From positions 32,001 to 96,000 of IMG/VR virus record IMGVR_UViG_3300045988_172839: a DNA stretch of 64,000 nt; one strand, given 5' to 3'. The DNA comes from a virus. Every line of letters begins with the position of its first letter. The stretch's first letter is position 1. Positions 18,910 to 28,869 of the stretch are shown piece by piece. The notes beneath the pieces were generated by a model that was not told where the DNA came from, did no database searches, and saw only the letters and a list, made by a program, of their open reading frames with translations. A program made the position numbers and the translations under genes.

Positions 18910-19220
18910 CTTGTGTAGCCCAACTCATCTAAAATTTCATCTACTTCTGCTACTGCTGAACGAATGTTTTTAGTGCTTTCGACTGATTGCAATTCTGGTT
19001 TAACATAGAAAGCAAACCGTTTGGCGCTTTTGCGCAAAAGTGGATACCTATGTACTTTGCGCCAGTTATTTGACCAAAAACAAGCGTACTTGTAATCTGT
19101 GTTCACAGAAGTGTACAGAACAATTTGGTCTTCTGTTTCTTGTGGCTTTGGGGCTACATAAACAAAGAGGGAGTTTTTATCCTCATTGTAGTTTGTGGGT
19201 TTAAATAACTTCATAAACAA
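18906..19220 (-). CDS. Hypothetical protein.
   Basis: 104-aa ORF. Confidence 0.5.
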   Translation of the reverse strand: MFMKLFKPTNYNEDKNSLFVYVAPKPQETEDQIVLYTSVNTDYKYACFWSNNWRKVHRYPLLRKSAKRFAFYVKPELQSVESTKNIRSAVAEVDEILDELGYTR

Positions 19221-19226
19221 ATTCCT

Positions 19227-19412
19227 TTAATAGTCACGTTTAGGTTGCTCAGTATTGAAAATAACTGCTGCATAAATCCAAGTTTCATCGTGAGAAATTG
19301 AAACGCTTTGAATGTAAAAATCTTCGTTCTTGTTCAAAACACGCTCAATTTGTTGTTCTAAATCCACAGTAGTTTGACCACTAAAAATGCGTACTGTGCT
19401 CTTCTTAACCAT
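19227..19412 (-). CDS. Hypothetical protein.
   Basis: 61-aa ORF that overlaps the SNF2 gene stop by 8 nt. Confidence 0.45.
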   Translation of the reverse strand: MVKKSTVRIFSGQTTVDLEQQIERVLNKNEDFYIQSVSISHDETWIYAAVIFNTEQPKRDY

Positions 19413-21132
19413 GTAAAGTTAAACCTTCTTTCGTTTCTTCTAAATCATCCGACCATTTAGGGTGAGAAACAACTCCGTTCATATCTTGGTTCGAGTAGGA
19501 TACTGCTATAATAGATGAATTTGCTCCCTCTGAAATCTCTTGCTTAGTAACTTCCACCACAGTATTTACTAGGTCTGGGTCTAAAAAGAAATTGTTCAAT
19601 AAGCTAACTTCATGTTTGGTATGAGCTAATCTATCTTTCGTACTCACACAAGCTTCTTCTAAAACTTTATACTCTTCTCTTCTAGCTAAAACTAAGTAAA
19701 TATGCTTATCATGAATATCTTGACTACGAACAATACGACCTTCAATCTGATTCGTAATCCCTGAATTTCCAGTGAAAGAATAAAATACCAAATGATTCAT
19801 AAAACCAAGGTTCAAACCTTTCTTCAAGTTAGTTACAATCACTCTGTAACCACCATCATGAAACTCTTTTAATTTCGCCTCTTTCTTCTTAGGAGTATTA
19901 TCCTCACCGTTTATAGTGAGAGCTTTTATTCCCAACCCCCCCAAAAAGCGAACTAAGATATTCTGAGCTTCAACAGAATGTACATAAATCAAGGCTTTGT
20001 CTTGACCTATACGGTATTTAAACAAATCTTCAATCACTTGCAACTTAGGTAAAACCTCTGGTGTAATTTCTAAATCGGGATCAAACCAAGAAGGTTCGTC
20101 CCAAACATAACGCTTATGTCTAGTTTTACTGAATAACTTGTTTTGGTACTGGGATGGTTTATACAAGACCAACTCACAAGTCGAGTTTTTAACGGATACC
20201 CCTAGCTCTTGACGAGCCGTTCCAAAAGCCATAAATCGAGTACAAACTTTAAACAACTCTGGGTCTTTGTAACCTAAAATTTGGTGTGTTTGGAAGGATT
20301 TCTTCACAAACAACTCTTCGAACTTGGTTTTTAAAGGCATAGATTCTGGGAAAAGGAAATTAAGCTGATTGTACATTCCCTCAATCGACTTCTCAAAAGG
20401 AGTGGCGTTCATTACAACTACATGGTTTGCAAACTTAGTTCGTACAGTTTTACAAGCCTTATAAATATCAGACTTCGTAGAACCCAACACCGAACCTTCA
20501 TCAATAAAGAAATAATCAAATTTACCATGTAACTTCGTAGTGTGTGCAAGCCACAACATGAAATCGTGACTTGAAGAGACTGCTGAATAAGAAGCAACTA
20601 CACCACTAAGATACCCTAACTCTTTTTGCTCTTTGATAAAAGCACTTACTTGGTTGGAGTCTCCTGTGGTTGTTGCTACATAGTCTCCTGTAAAGCGAAT
20701 TAACTCTTTTCGAGCTTGTGCAACCAAACCAACCTCAGTCAAAAACAAATAACGCAAAGGTTTACCTTTGGTACGTTGCTTCAAGGCTCCTACATGGTTA
20801 ATAACCGAAGCAACTGTAGCCGTTTTCCCCAACCCTACACTATCCATAATGAGAGCAGAACGAGCAGCTAAAATAAAGTGGACTCCGTAGGTTTGATACC
20901 ACCGTAGAGAACCTTTTGCTACACCTTCTTTTAAAGACGACTTTGTAGCAATGACTTGCTCTACTTGCTCAGGTGTTAAATCTAATAAACTATCTGCTAA
21001 CTCCGGAAAACCTACTTGGTCTTTATCCTCATTGGCTTTTTGAATAATGCTATCTAACAACTGGTAACGTTGTATAGGAGCTGATTTATCTATAAATCCA
21101 CCCTTGTAAAGTGAGACCTCTGTTACTGCCAC
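19405..21132 (-). CDS. SNF2/SWI2-family helicase-like ATPase.
   Basis: LRWYQ, DSVGLGKT (motif I), FFIDEGS (motif II), NATPFEKS (motif III), QIEGRIVRSQ (motif VI). GTG start. Confidence 0.85.
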   Translation of the reverse strand: MAVTEVSLYKGGFIDKSAPIQRYQLLDSIIQKANEDKDQVGFPELADSLLDLTPEQVEQVIATKSSLKEGVAKGSLRWYQTYGVHFILAARSALIMDSVGLGKTATVASVINHVGALKQRTKGKPLRYLFLTEVGLVAQARKELIRFTGDYVATTTGDSNQVSAFIKEQKELGYLSGVVASYSAVSSSHDFMLWLAHTTKLHGKFDYFFIDEGSVLGSTKSDIYKACKTVRTKFANHVVVMNATPFEKSIEGMYNQLNFLFPESMPLKTKFEELFVKKSFQTHQILGYKDPELFKVCTRFMAFGTARQELGVSVKNSTCELVLYKPSQYQNKLFSKTRHKRYVWDEPSWFDPDLEITPEVLPKLQVIEDLFKYRIGQDKALIYVHSVEAQNILVRFLGGLGIKALTINGEDNTPKKKEAKLKEFHDGGYRVIVTNLKKGLNLGFMNHLVFYSFTGNSGITNQIEGRIVRSQDIHDKHIYLVLARREEYKVLEEACVSTKDRLAHTKHEVSLLNNFFLDPDLVNTVVEVTKQEISEGANSSIIAVSYSNQDMNGVVSHPKWSDDLEETKEGLTLHG

Positions 21133-21165
21133 AAATTTTCGCCTTTCTTACTGTTTTTATATCTA

Positions 21166-21194
21166 ATTTTAGCAAACTCAAAGAAAAAAGTCAA
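21166..21194 (-). promoter_or_regulatory. Sigma-A type promoter TTGACT-17-TAAAAT.
   Basis: -35 at 21189-21194 and -10 at 21166-21171. The -35 sits in the 3' arm and T-tract of a short hairpin (aaggg/ccctt, 21193-21206). Confidence 0.55.
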
Positions 21195-21211
21195 GGGATT
21201 ACCCTTAACTT

Positions 21212-21487
21212 TTACTTGTTTTCTAATGCTTTGTAAAACTCACTTAAAATAAGCGCGTCTACTTCTTTTTTAAACTCTGGGTTTAAAGCAGTTACAACTG
21301 GCTTATAAACCTCTGCGTACAATTTACGCTCTGGGAACAAAACCTTATATTGTGAACCTTGTCGTTTCACTTTAATTCCGTGAACCACAAGCCAACCACC
21401 TACCAAAGCAGAACAAATTCCGCAAATTCCGTTTGGAATACCTTCTGCATTGACTTTCACAAAGCGAATGTTTTCTACTAATTTCAC
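21212..21487 (-). CDS. SpoVG-like small nucleic-acid-binding protein.
   Basis: The 91-aa protein (IRFVKVNAEG...LVVHGIKV...VLFPERK...) is collinear by eye with SpoVG (VRLRRVNTEG...FVVHDIRV...FVAMPSKR). Confidence 0.4.
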   Translation of the reverse strand: MKLVENIRFVKVNAEGIPNGICGICSALVGGWLVVHGIKVKRQGSQYKVLFPERKLYAEVYKPVVTALNPEFKKEVDALILSEFYKALENK

Positions 21488-21508
21488 AACTCTTGAAAAC
21501 CTTTCTAA

Positions 21509-22543
21509 TTACGAGTGAGCAAAGATTAAAACTCCCCCTTTACGTAAGACCTTACCTTGTCTCACTGCGGACTCAATCTCACTTGGGGAAAAATAACCTA
21601 ATGCTACTTGCTCTTGTACTCTCAAGTTTCTACGACAGTAAGACACAAAATCCTCATTGACCATGCGAACTGTTTTATCATTTGCTTGAATTTGGGTTTG
21701 AGGTTGAACCTGAGGTCTCTGCACAACCGATTGAGGTTTAACTACTGGTTTAGGTTGTAGAGTAGAAGCAACTTGCGGTCTTGGAATTGGGTTTGGTTCT
21801 TGAACCTTACGAGGTGCAACCTCTTGTTGGGATACCCTTAGTTGGGTTTGAGGAGGTTTTGCAACCTCTTTTTCCTTCGCCACGTAAGTCCAAGGTTCTC
21901 TTTTACCTACATAGTCTGAACGGAAAATTTCTTCTTTGAACTCTACTCTAGTTGGTTCACTCTCTAAATTGCTCTCAGAAGTCTCAGATTGACTCAGATT
22001 TGATTTTTCTTCTGAGGTTGATACTTTCTCCACTTCTGAACCAAGGTTGTTCAGAGACGATTTTGGAGTGTTTGAGAATGGGTCAGAAAACTCATCCTCT
22101 TCTGAAGGGTCTACTTCAAATTCACGCAACTCTAATTCTTGTTCATCATCAGAAGAACTGCTACTCAACCCTAAACTTGCAAAAGAAACTCCTTGTAATG
22201 GGTCTTGCTCTTCTTCCTCTTCTCTATTCTCTACTTCTTCTTTACTCTTCATAGAAGTCAACCAGTCTGAGTCTTTAAGACTTTCAAATCCCTCAAACAA
22301 AGACTCTAATTCAACAATCTCCTCTTCGGAACCTTCGGTGTCGAGAAGATACCGAGGACTCTCTTCTACAACCTCTGTCTTAATGCTTTCTCTTGAAACT
22401 GTAGGAAGAGGACGGAAGAGCGAAATTCTTTCAAATTCTCTCTTTTTAACCTCTTCATAAGTCTCATAAGAAGCCATTTTTCTAGCGTATACTTGCATTG
22501 CAAGCAGAAACCTAGAACTACTAATTGGATATGTAATTTCCAT
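21509..22543 (-). CDS. Hypothetical acidic/low-complexity protein.
   Basis: 344-aa ORF with an AGGAG RBS. It has a central E/D/S-rich region and a P/Q/V-rich region. Confidence 0.6.
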   Translation of the reverse strand: MEITYPISSSRFLLAMQVYARKMASYETYEEVKKREFERISLFRPLPTVSRESIKTEVVEESPRYLLDTEGSEEEIVELESLFEGFESLKDSDWLTSMKSKEEVENREEEEEQDPLQGVSFASLGLSSSSSDDEQELELREFEVDPSEEDEFSDPFSNTPKSSLNNLGSEVEKVSTSEEKSNLSQSETSESNLESEPTRVEFKEEIFRSDYVGKREPWTYVAKEKEVAKPPQTQLRVSQQEVAPRKVQEPNPIPRPQVASTLQPKPVVKPQSVVQRPQVQPQTQIQANDKTVRMVNEDFVSYCRRNLRVQEQVALGYFSPSEIESAVRQGKVLRKGGVLIFAHS

Positions 22544-22579
22544 GTATATTTACAACTCCTAATCTTCTGCTTTATGCCT

Positions 22580-25069
22580 TTAAATGTCTCGAATAAAATC
22601 TACATTACTTAGGTTAGACTTAGGGAAACGCAAGGAGTCTTCCTCAGCGAAATCTGTGTCAGAAACAGAGATACCGAGTTTCCCTAGCGTTTTACTTGCT
22701 TGCTCATTCTTCAATCTTGTTACATAAGCTGAACTTGCACCCTCTTCTGGGTAAAGTTTTGTCCACATCTTCCGTTGTGTTTCATACAACTTATCCAAAC
22801 GCTCTTTGCCCCCATTCATACTCATAATGAGAGGAGCGTGACCGAACTTCGGTTCATCTGATCCAGCTAAAGTGTAAGCAAAGTCACCTGTGTTTGTAGT
22901 TGGGAAATCAATCAAGCGGTATGAGTCTTCCCAAATCGTTTTCTGAATCGGTTGACCTGCTTTAACCGCAAAGCGGTTCCCCACCATACGAGACGCCGTT
23001 TTAGGGAAGTAATCATTGTGCAGTTGGTGAGGCACGAAAATCAAGAAAATACCCACATTAGGGAAAGCAGTTAGAATTTCACTGAGGTAAGCCTTATAAG
23101 TTACTTTCTCATCTTTATCCAATTTCTCAGCAAATGAAATAATCTCATCCAATACTACAAACAAGTAAGGTAACTGCTCAGATTCATCAGAACAATTTGC
23201 ATTGTAGTTCTGAATTTTCAACTGGTCTCCAATCAAGCGTTTTCTTCGAGGAGCTTCCTCAGATACCACCCAATCAAGCAAGTCCATAATAGCTTTTGTA
23301 CCTGTTGCAAATCTACGCAAGTGAGGTAAGGTAATTTGGTACCAATCAGAGTCTTTGTTTTTCATATCTCCTGCAACGATTTGAACCTTACGAGGAGAGT
23401 TTAAAGCCATCATTTGGTTGACGATACCGGTGGCGAGGACAGATTTCCCTGTTCGAGCCATCCCTGCAATAATTGTACCTGTGTGTTTTGCCAAGTCAAG
23501 AAGAATAGGCTCACCATATTCATCAGCACCAAATACTACTGGGAGTTCATTCTTAGTATCTAAGAAGAAGTCTTTACTTGAAGCAATCAAGTCTCTCAAC
23601 ATAAAGGACGTACCTGTCTGTTTAAAGATAGTAATTGCAATGCGACTACCTTTACCAACCGCAGTTGTAGTTACATTTTCACCAAAGTAATCCTTCATTT
23701 GGTCTTTCAACAACTCAGTAATCTCTTTGGCAAAGAGTGTTTCTTTCCCTTTTAACTTCTCTGGACGGTCTGTAATAATTTCAAACACAGACACACGCTC
23801 TGTAATAGATTCAACGTTCACCCAATCCATCTCAGACAGACCTTTGACACCACCCGTTTGGGCGTCTCTGAGGAAAGTCTCTAATTGCTTAAACTCTACG
23901 CTATTCTTTGAAACTTCACGAGACCAATCAGGTTTTAAACTTGAACCATCCAAGATAGACAAGTATTTATCCAAAAGAAGACTTCGAGTTACTAATTCTG
24001 GCTCCACTAAACCACCTGCTAAATCAGAAGTGAAAGCACCTTCAGACACCTCTTCTAACTTAGGATGTTCTAACTCTTCTCTTGAATTAGAAGAATCCTC
24101 TTCTGTCTCTTCTTGGTTATCTTCATCTTCTAAGTCCTCTGAGTCATCTACAATACCCCAAATGTCTTTGGCGCTTGCGTTTTCTGAGGGGATACCCTTT
24201 GAGGGTTTAGGAAATTCCTCTTCCTCTAATTCATCAAATCGAGTCGGTTTTGGACGTTCCATCGGTTCAAAACCTTGTCTTTTGGGAAATGAGGGTACAT
24301 CTTCCTCATCATCCCAACCACCACTTGAACCAAAGTTTCTAAACTCGTTTGGTACTTCTCGTCTTGGTGGCTGTCCAAAACCACTCATAGGGTCGGAATT
24401 TGGTTCTCCAAACCCATCATCCATAAAGTTACTTGGCGCTCCAAACTCAGAAGGTTGAGGTGCTTGTGGGAGAACTTCTTCTTTTGGAGAGTCATCAACT
24501 AAACCCCACTCCTTATTTTGAGAGTTCTTATACAAGAACAAACCACCACTTATACCACCACCCACAAGCGAAATGAAGATACCGGGCGCAGTTGCAAATC
24601 TTGTAAATAAACCAAATAAGAAAGAGAACCCACCTACTGCTCCATAATATAAAAGCGCAGCAGTTAACCCTTTTCTAAGCTTGTAGTCGCTCTTAAACAT
24701 ATCATCTGACTCAGACAAGACAGGCCAAACATAAGAAGACAAGTGTTTCCATAAACCTGTGACAACCTTGAAAATCTTATCCATCCAATCTTCATGTTGA
24801 CTCAAATGTTGTGGAGGTTGATTTTGTTGTGGAAAACCTTGTGGTTGACCAAAAGGTGGTCTTTGCGGTAAACCACCACCTACTCTATTTGCAAACGGAT
24901 CAGGTCGTACCCCTCTCATGCGAGCTAAAGGGTCGCCACCAGGACCTTGGCGCATACCACCAAAACCCCCTCGGTCTCCTGAAATACCATTTTCAAAGCG
25001 TTGATTTTCTCGCTCTCTGCGAGCATCAGACTGCCTTGTTAAATCATCATTTGAATTTCTCCAATCCAT
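22580..25069 (-). CDS. FtsK/SpoIIIE-family DNA translocase-like coupling ATPase (TcpA/ConQ-like).
   Basis: Walker A IIAGMARTGKSV and Walker B LFVVLDEI. Two TM helices follow a G/P/Q-rich N-terminus. An acidic linker is present. Confidence 0.8.
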   Translation of the reverse strand: MDWRNSNDDLTRQSDARRERENQRFENGISGDRGGFGGMRQGPGGDPLARMRGVRPDPFANRVGGGLPQRPPFGQPQGFPQQNQPPQHLSQHEDWMDKIFKVVTGLWKHLSSYVWPVLSESDDMFKSDYKLRKGLTAALLYYGAVGGFSFLFGLFTRFATAPGIFISLVGGGISGGLFLYKNSQNKEWGLVDDSPKEEVLPQAPQPSEFGAPSNFMDDGFGEPNSDPMSGFGQPPRREVPNEFRNFGSSGGWDDEEDVPSFPKRQGFEPMERPKPTRFDELEEEEFPKPSKGIPSENASAKDIWGIVDDSEDLEDEDNQEETEEDSSNSREELEHPKLEEVSEGAFTSDLAGGLVEPELVTRSLLLDKYLSILDGSSLKPDWSREVSKNSVEFKQLETFLRDAQTGGVKGLSEMDWVNVESITERVSVFEIITDRPEKLKGKETLFAKEITELLKDQMKDYFGENVTTTAVGKGSRIAITIFKQTGTSFMLRDLIASSKDFFLDTKNELPVVFGADEYGEPILLDLAKHTGTIIAGMARTGKSVLATGIVNQMMALNSPRKVQIVAGDMKNKDSDWYQITLPHLRRFATGTKAIMDLLDWVVSEEAPRRKRLIGDQLKIQNYNANCSDESEQLPYLFVVLDEIISFAEKLDKDEKVTYKAYLSEILTAFPNVGIFLIFVPHQLHNDYFPKTASRMVGNRFAVKAGQPIQKTIWEDSYRLIDFPTTNTGDFAYTLAGSDEPKFGHAPLIMSMNGGKERLDKLYETQRKMWTKLYPEEGASSAYVTRLKNEQASKTLGKLGISVSDTDFAEEDSLRFPKSNLSNVDFIRDI

Positions 25070-25242
25070 TAGTGTCTACCCCCTAACGTTGCTGCAAGGA
25101 CTACTAACACATAGACCACACCTACTCCAATTACGAGGAAACGACTTTTCTTAACTTCCTCTTTCAAGTTCTCAGAGGTTATGGAGTTCGCAACTCCCCA
25201 TAGAATACCCCCTAAAAAGAGAATTAAACTTAATAAAATCAT
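25069..25242 (-). CDS. Small (57 aa) two-TM membrane protein, not in the ORF track.
   Basis: ATG at 25240-25242 with an AGGTGA RBS (25251-25256). Sequence: MILLSLILFLGGILWGVANSITSENLKEEVKKSRFLVIGVGVVYVLVVLAATLGGRH. Its TAA overlaps the FtsK-like ATG (TAATG). Confidence 0.5.
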   Translation of the reverse strand: MILLSLILFLGGILWGVANSITSENLKEEVKKSRFLVIGVGVVYVLVVLAATLGGRH

Positions 25243-25263
25243 ATTCTAATCACCTAAACTATC

Positions 25264-27444
25264 TTACTGTTTGTCTTGTGCAATGACACCAGTTCTAAAG
25301 AGCGGTGTATCACTAATCACTCTTGGAATATCCGCTTTTACAACTGCAGACTCCCCAGAGTTCAACTTCAAGACAAAGGCTTTCTTATAAGGTTCTGCGT
25401 GTACTTGGTCATAACCAGCTACCAAACCTTCATCTTCTTCAATAACCGCACCAATCTCAGCTAATTCATCTGCCAAGTCTGTAATACCGAGAGCTTTACA
25501 TACAATCTCTTGGTAAACTGGAGATTTAATTTTACCTACCATAGCAAGTGTGTAGTTAGCAAACAAAGAGAACTCATCTTTTTCAACTAACTTAACTGGG
25601 TCATTGGAAGCGACAATGTTAATATCACCTGCTTTACGACCCCCTGTGATTGGAGTTTTCAAAATCTCTACTGCATTTGGGAGAGAACTGAAACGTTGCA
25701 ACTCTTCCCAAATCTTCACATTATAAAGACCACGAGAGAAAGGATACACTGTACGGTAGTAAGCTACAGTTGCAGCGTTCATAGGAATGAGAATAGCGTC
25801 CAATTCAGACAACTGACTTTCTGGAACCCCTCTCATATTGTAGTCACAAATAACTAATTTCGCATCAATAATGTCTTTCAAGTACACTGGGTATTTAAAG
25901 TAGTTATTCAACTTCTTACTTGGTTCAAAGTAAGAACCAAATGTTTCCAAGAAATAAATATAATCTCTCTGGAAGTCTTTCAAAGCGGACTTATACAACT
26001 CTTTAATATCATCTTCAGTTAAAATCTGTTTATCTTCTTCCGTAATCGAACTCAACACATCTTCTAAGTTCGGACGGTATTTTTTCAAGTAGTTATAAAC
26101 CGTATAAATGGAGCAACCATCGAGGGCGTACCATGTTGTTGGGTCGATAGATACCCCGTATTCACTGTAGAATAAATCGACTCCACGCTCGATAATCAAC
26201 GGAATCCAAGCATATTTCTTCAAAGTCTCTGCCCCTGCTACCGCTCTAAACAAGTCAATAATGTTCTTACGAGAGCGAGTAAACAAGGTGTTATCCATCT
26301 CTTCATCACCTGTAGGTACAATCGGAACTGGGTCGAGGTAGCGACCTGAACCCATACCTAAGTCCAAGGAAACGACTTGGAAATCTTTCTCCAGCAAGGT
26401 TCCGAGACCCTTGTATTCCCCACCTTCATAGTCGTTAATGGTCATAATCATGCTGTCATTGGCTGCAAACTGGGTAGCCAACAACTTCATTTCAAAGGAC
26501 TTACCTGAACCAGACATACCAATAACAATAACAATTTCAGCGTCTGTTACGTCACGTTTAAATTGGTGGAAAACAGGAGAGTGCGTTTCAATATTGGTAC
26601 CTAAGTAAGTTGTACCAAAACCTACTACCCCTTGCTCAAATGGGTGCCATTGCGCTCTCAATTCATCTGAGGTAAAGGTTGAGCGAATTTTACGCTTGCT
26701 CTCTTTAGACATCTCAGAGTTAAAGGGAGAGAAATCACCCACCGTATCTGCAATGATACCGGTGACTCGGCGGACTTGCATTCCTGTTCTATGAGAACAC
26801 ATGTGTTCAAAGTCTTTTAGAACATCTGTAAACTCAGGTCCTCTATGTCCTGTTATGATAATCATTACTCGAACTTTATACAAGTAACGCTTATCTTGGT
26901 CACTTAAAGTCGCATCATTTGCGTATTCTACTGAAAGTGACAAACGCTCATCTTTTTGAGCCGTCTTCACATATTTGTGTTGAGTGAATCTTGAACCTTT
27001 GCTAGACTCCTCTTGGTTTTTCGCACTTACTTCATCCAAGACAGACAAACGAGTTTTAACTTTAGGATCGTCCCAGTTAATTTCAAAAGGCTCATTTGAC
27101 TCAATGAAGTTCATGGAAATTCCTTCTGGTACAATGGAGCGCAAAGTTGCTCGATACCCCATCTCAAACTCTGGTGGTAGCTCATCAATAACGTAATAAG
27201 CCGTTACATTTTGAGTTCCACTATAAGTAAAGTTCGAGTCCATATACAAACGTCTACTTGAAGCTAACGCTCTCTCTGGGTTGTAACGTGAACGGTACTC
27301 ATCATACACCGAATCCCACATTTTAATCAAGTCTATGTACTTATCAAGAAATCCTTTACGCTTTTCTTGATTTTCTTGTGTTTTTTGGTTTTCTAACGAA
27401 CTCTTAGAAAGGCTCGTTACTTTGTTTTCTTTTTTCTTAGACAT
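25264..27444 (-). CDS. VirB4/ConE/TcpF-like conjugative ATPase.
   Basis: 726 aa, Walker A VIGMSGSGKSF, Walker-B-like IWEELQRF. It is adjacent to the coupling ATPase. Confidence 0.75.
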   Translation of the reverse strand: MSKKKENKVTSLSKSSLENQKTQENQEKRKGFLDKYIDLIKMWDSVYDEYRSRYNPERALASSRRLYMDSNFTYSGTQNVTAYYVIDELPPEFEMGYRATLRSIVPEGISMNFIESNEPFEINWDDPKVKTRLSVLDEVSAKNQEESSKGSRFTQHKYVKTAQKDERLSLSVEYANDATLSDQDKRYLYKVRVMIIITGHRGPEFTDVLKDFEHMCSHRTGMQVRRVTGIIADTVGDFSPFNSEMSKESKRKIRSTFTSDELRAQWHPFEQGVVGFGTTYLGTNIETHSPVFHQFKRDVTDAEIVIVIGMSGSGKSFEMKLLATQFAANDSMIMTINDYEGGEYKGLGTLLEKDFQVVSLDLGMGSGRYLDPVPIVPTGDEEMDNTLFTRSRKNIIDLFRAVAGAETLKKYAWIPLIIERGVDLFYSEYGVSIDPTTWYALDGCSIYTVYNYLKKYRPNLEDVLSSITEEDKQILTEDDIKELYKSALKDFQRDYIYFLETFGSYFEPSKKLNNYFKYPVYLKDIIDAKLVICDYNMRGVPESQLSELDAILIPMNAATVAYYRTVYPFSRGLYNVKIWEELQRFSSLPNAVEILKTPITGGRKAGDINIVASNDPVKLVEKDEFSLFANYTLAMVGKIKSPVYQEIVCKALGITDLADELAEIGAVIEEDEGLVAGYDQVHAEPYKKAFVLKLNSGESAVVKADIPRVISDTPLFRTGVIAQDKQ

Positions 27445-27489
27445 TTACACTTCACCATTCTAAACTAATAACTCAAATTACAGTTCTCT

Positions 27490-27700
27490 AATTTCTTAAC
27501 AAAATTAAAGTTTCCAACATAAGTTGTTTCTCACCTTACTCTTGCGCAGTGTACTGCGCAAGAGTCGGAGTTGAGGCGACTGCGACTACCCTCTATACAA
27601 TCCAAGACTTAGTTAGTCTCATCATGTTTTACTTTTTATACTTTAAAGAAGTTTAACTAATTGAGGATTTACCATAAATTGAACCAACGTTTGATGTAGC
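27490..27700 (-). ncRNA. Candidate TnpB omega-RNA (reRNA) scaffold.
   Basis: This is the region spanning the 3' end of tnpB and just downstream of it, where omega RNAs are encoded. It contains a locally GC-rich perfect 12-bp hairpin ctcttgcgcagt-gt-actgcgcaagag (27539-27564) without a T-tract. The extent is not determinable by eye. Confidence 0.35.
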
Positions 27701-28869
27701 TCATTAGTATACAAACCCAATTTAGTTAAATACTTGCGACCAATATTTAAAGAACCATTAACATCAGCATTGATAAGGATACCGCTTGAGGTTTTAAACA
27801 AACCGCGTTTAACACGTTTTCCTTTATATTTTTCATGGTGTTCTACAGACTCTTCATCTAAAAAGCTACACTTACTCGTATGAGACTCATCAATTAAAAT
27901 AAACTTAATACCCTTAAGTTGACACTTATACTGTAACTGAGCAATTAGTTGTGTAAACGGAATTTGAACGAAGTTTTGATTTGTTACTTTACCTAAGTTA
28001 ATGTCTTGTTTCTGCCCAATATTGTGTCCAAAAATGACAGTATCAATATTGTGCGAATCTAAATGATTCACTAACTGGGTAGTTATCTTATGTAACATGT
28101 CAGTTATTCGTCTTGCTCGTTTATTATAAACAGACTGCAAAAGAGGAGATGTGTATAAACCTCGCGCACTTAATTTACTTTTCAATTTAGCTATTTCTTT
28201 ATTAGCTAATTGATTCATTGATTTTAAAGGTCTTCCGTTGACTAAGATAGGATTAAAGCAATTACTTGTAATTGTCATTAAATTATTTAAACCTGGATCG
28301 ATAAAAGCTACTCCTTTAGGTAACTCAGAGCGCAAGGGTTTACTTACAACTCTATATAAAATTTCAATCACATAATGGTTCCCTTTAGGTACAATACGAG
28401 CGCCTTGTATGTCTTCTTTAGGTATATTAGTTTTTACGGTAATTGAAGTTTTAGAAAGTTTTACATAACCTTCAACTTTTAAACTTAACGCGTCTTTAGG
28501 ATACGGAACTGTACATCTACCTTCAGTTTTATCCAAGTAATTTGGTAAGTTAATCTTAGATGAATAACCTTCTGTAGTTTTCTTCTTAACTAAAGCGAAA
28601 TAAGACTTAAAATTCTTATCTACCAACATCTGCACTTGTTTAGAAACTTTAGCAGGTAAAGCTCTGTAGTCTGGTTGATTCGTATGAGTAAACTCTCTAT
28701 TTACTGCGTAGTAGTTCTGAAAATCAGATTCAAAGAAACTCTGCCTTTGGTAGTACAAAGTAGAATTATATAAGTTCTTTGCTAGAAAAGATAAGTTATC
28801 ACACTCTGAAAATAAAGGATTATTAGGTTTTACAATATGGCGCTCACATAAAATTAAAATTTCACTCAC
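27643..28869 (-). CDS. tnpB: TnpB (RuvC-like RNA-guided nuclease, IS200/IS605/IS607 accessory protein).
   Basis: 408 aa. FIDPGLNNLMT (RuvC-I), IDESHTSKCS (RuvC-II), NADVNGSLNIGRKY (RuvC-III). It overlaps tnpA by 8 nt. Confidence 0.85.
   Translation of the reverse strand: MSEILILCERHIVKPNNPLFSECDNLSFLAKNLYNSTLYYQRQSFFESDFQNYYAVNREFTHTNQPDYRALPAKVSKQVQMLVDKNFKSYFALVKKKTTEGYSSKINLPNYLDKTEGRCTVPYPKDALSLKVEGYVKLSKTSITVKTNIPKEDIQGARIVPKGNHYVIEILYRVVSKPLRSELPKGVAFIDPGLNNLMTITSNCFNPILVNGRPLKSMNQLANKEIAKLKSKLSARGLYTSPLLQSVYNKRARRITDMLHKITTQLVNHLDSHNIDTVIFGHNIGQKQDINLGKVTNQNFVQIPFTQLIAQLQYKCQLKGIKFILIDESHTSKCSFLDEESVEHHEKYKGKRVKRGLFKTSSGILINADVNGSLNIGRKYLTKLGLYTNELHQTLVQFMVNPQLVKLL

Noticed and set aside
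27539-27564. The perfect 12-bp hairpin downstream of tnpB read as a Rho-independent terminator.
   Set aside because: No T-tract follows it on the minus strand (the next bases are TAAGGTGAGAAAC). Its position fits an omega-RNA scaffold element better.
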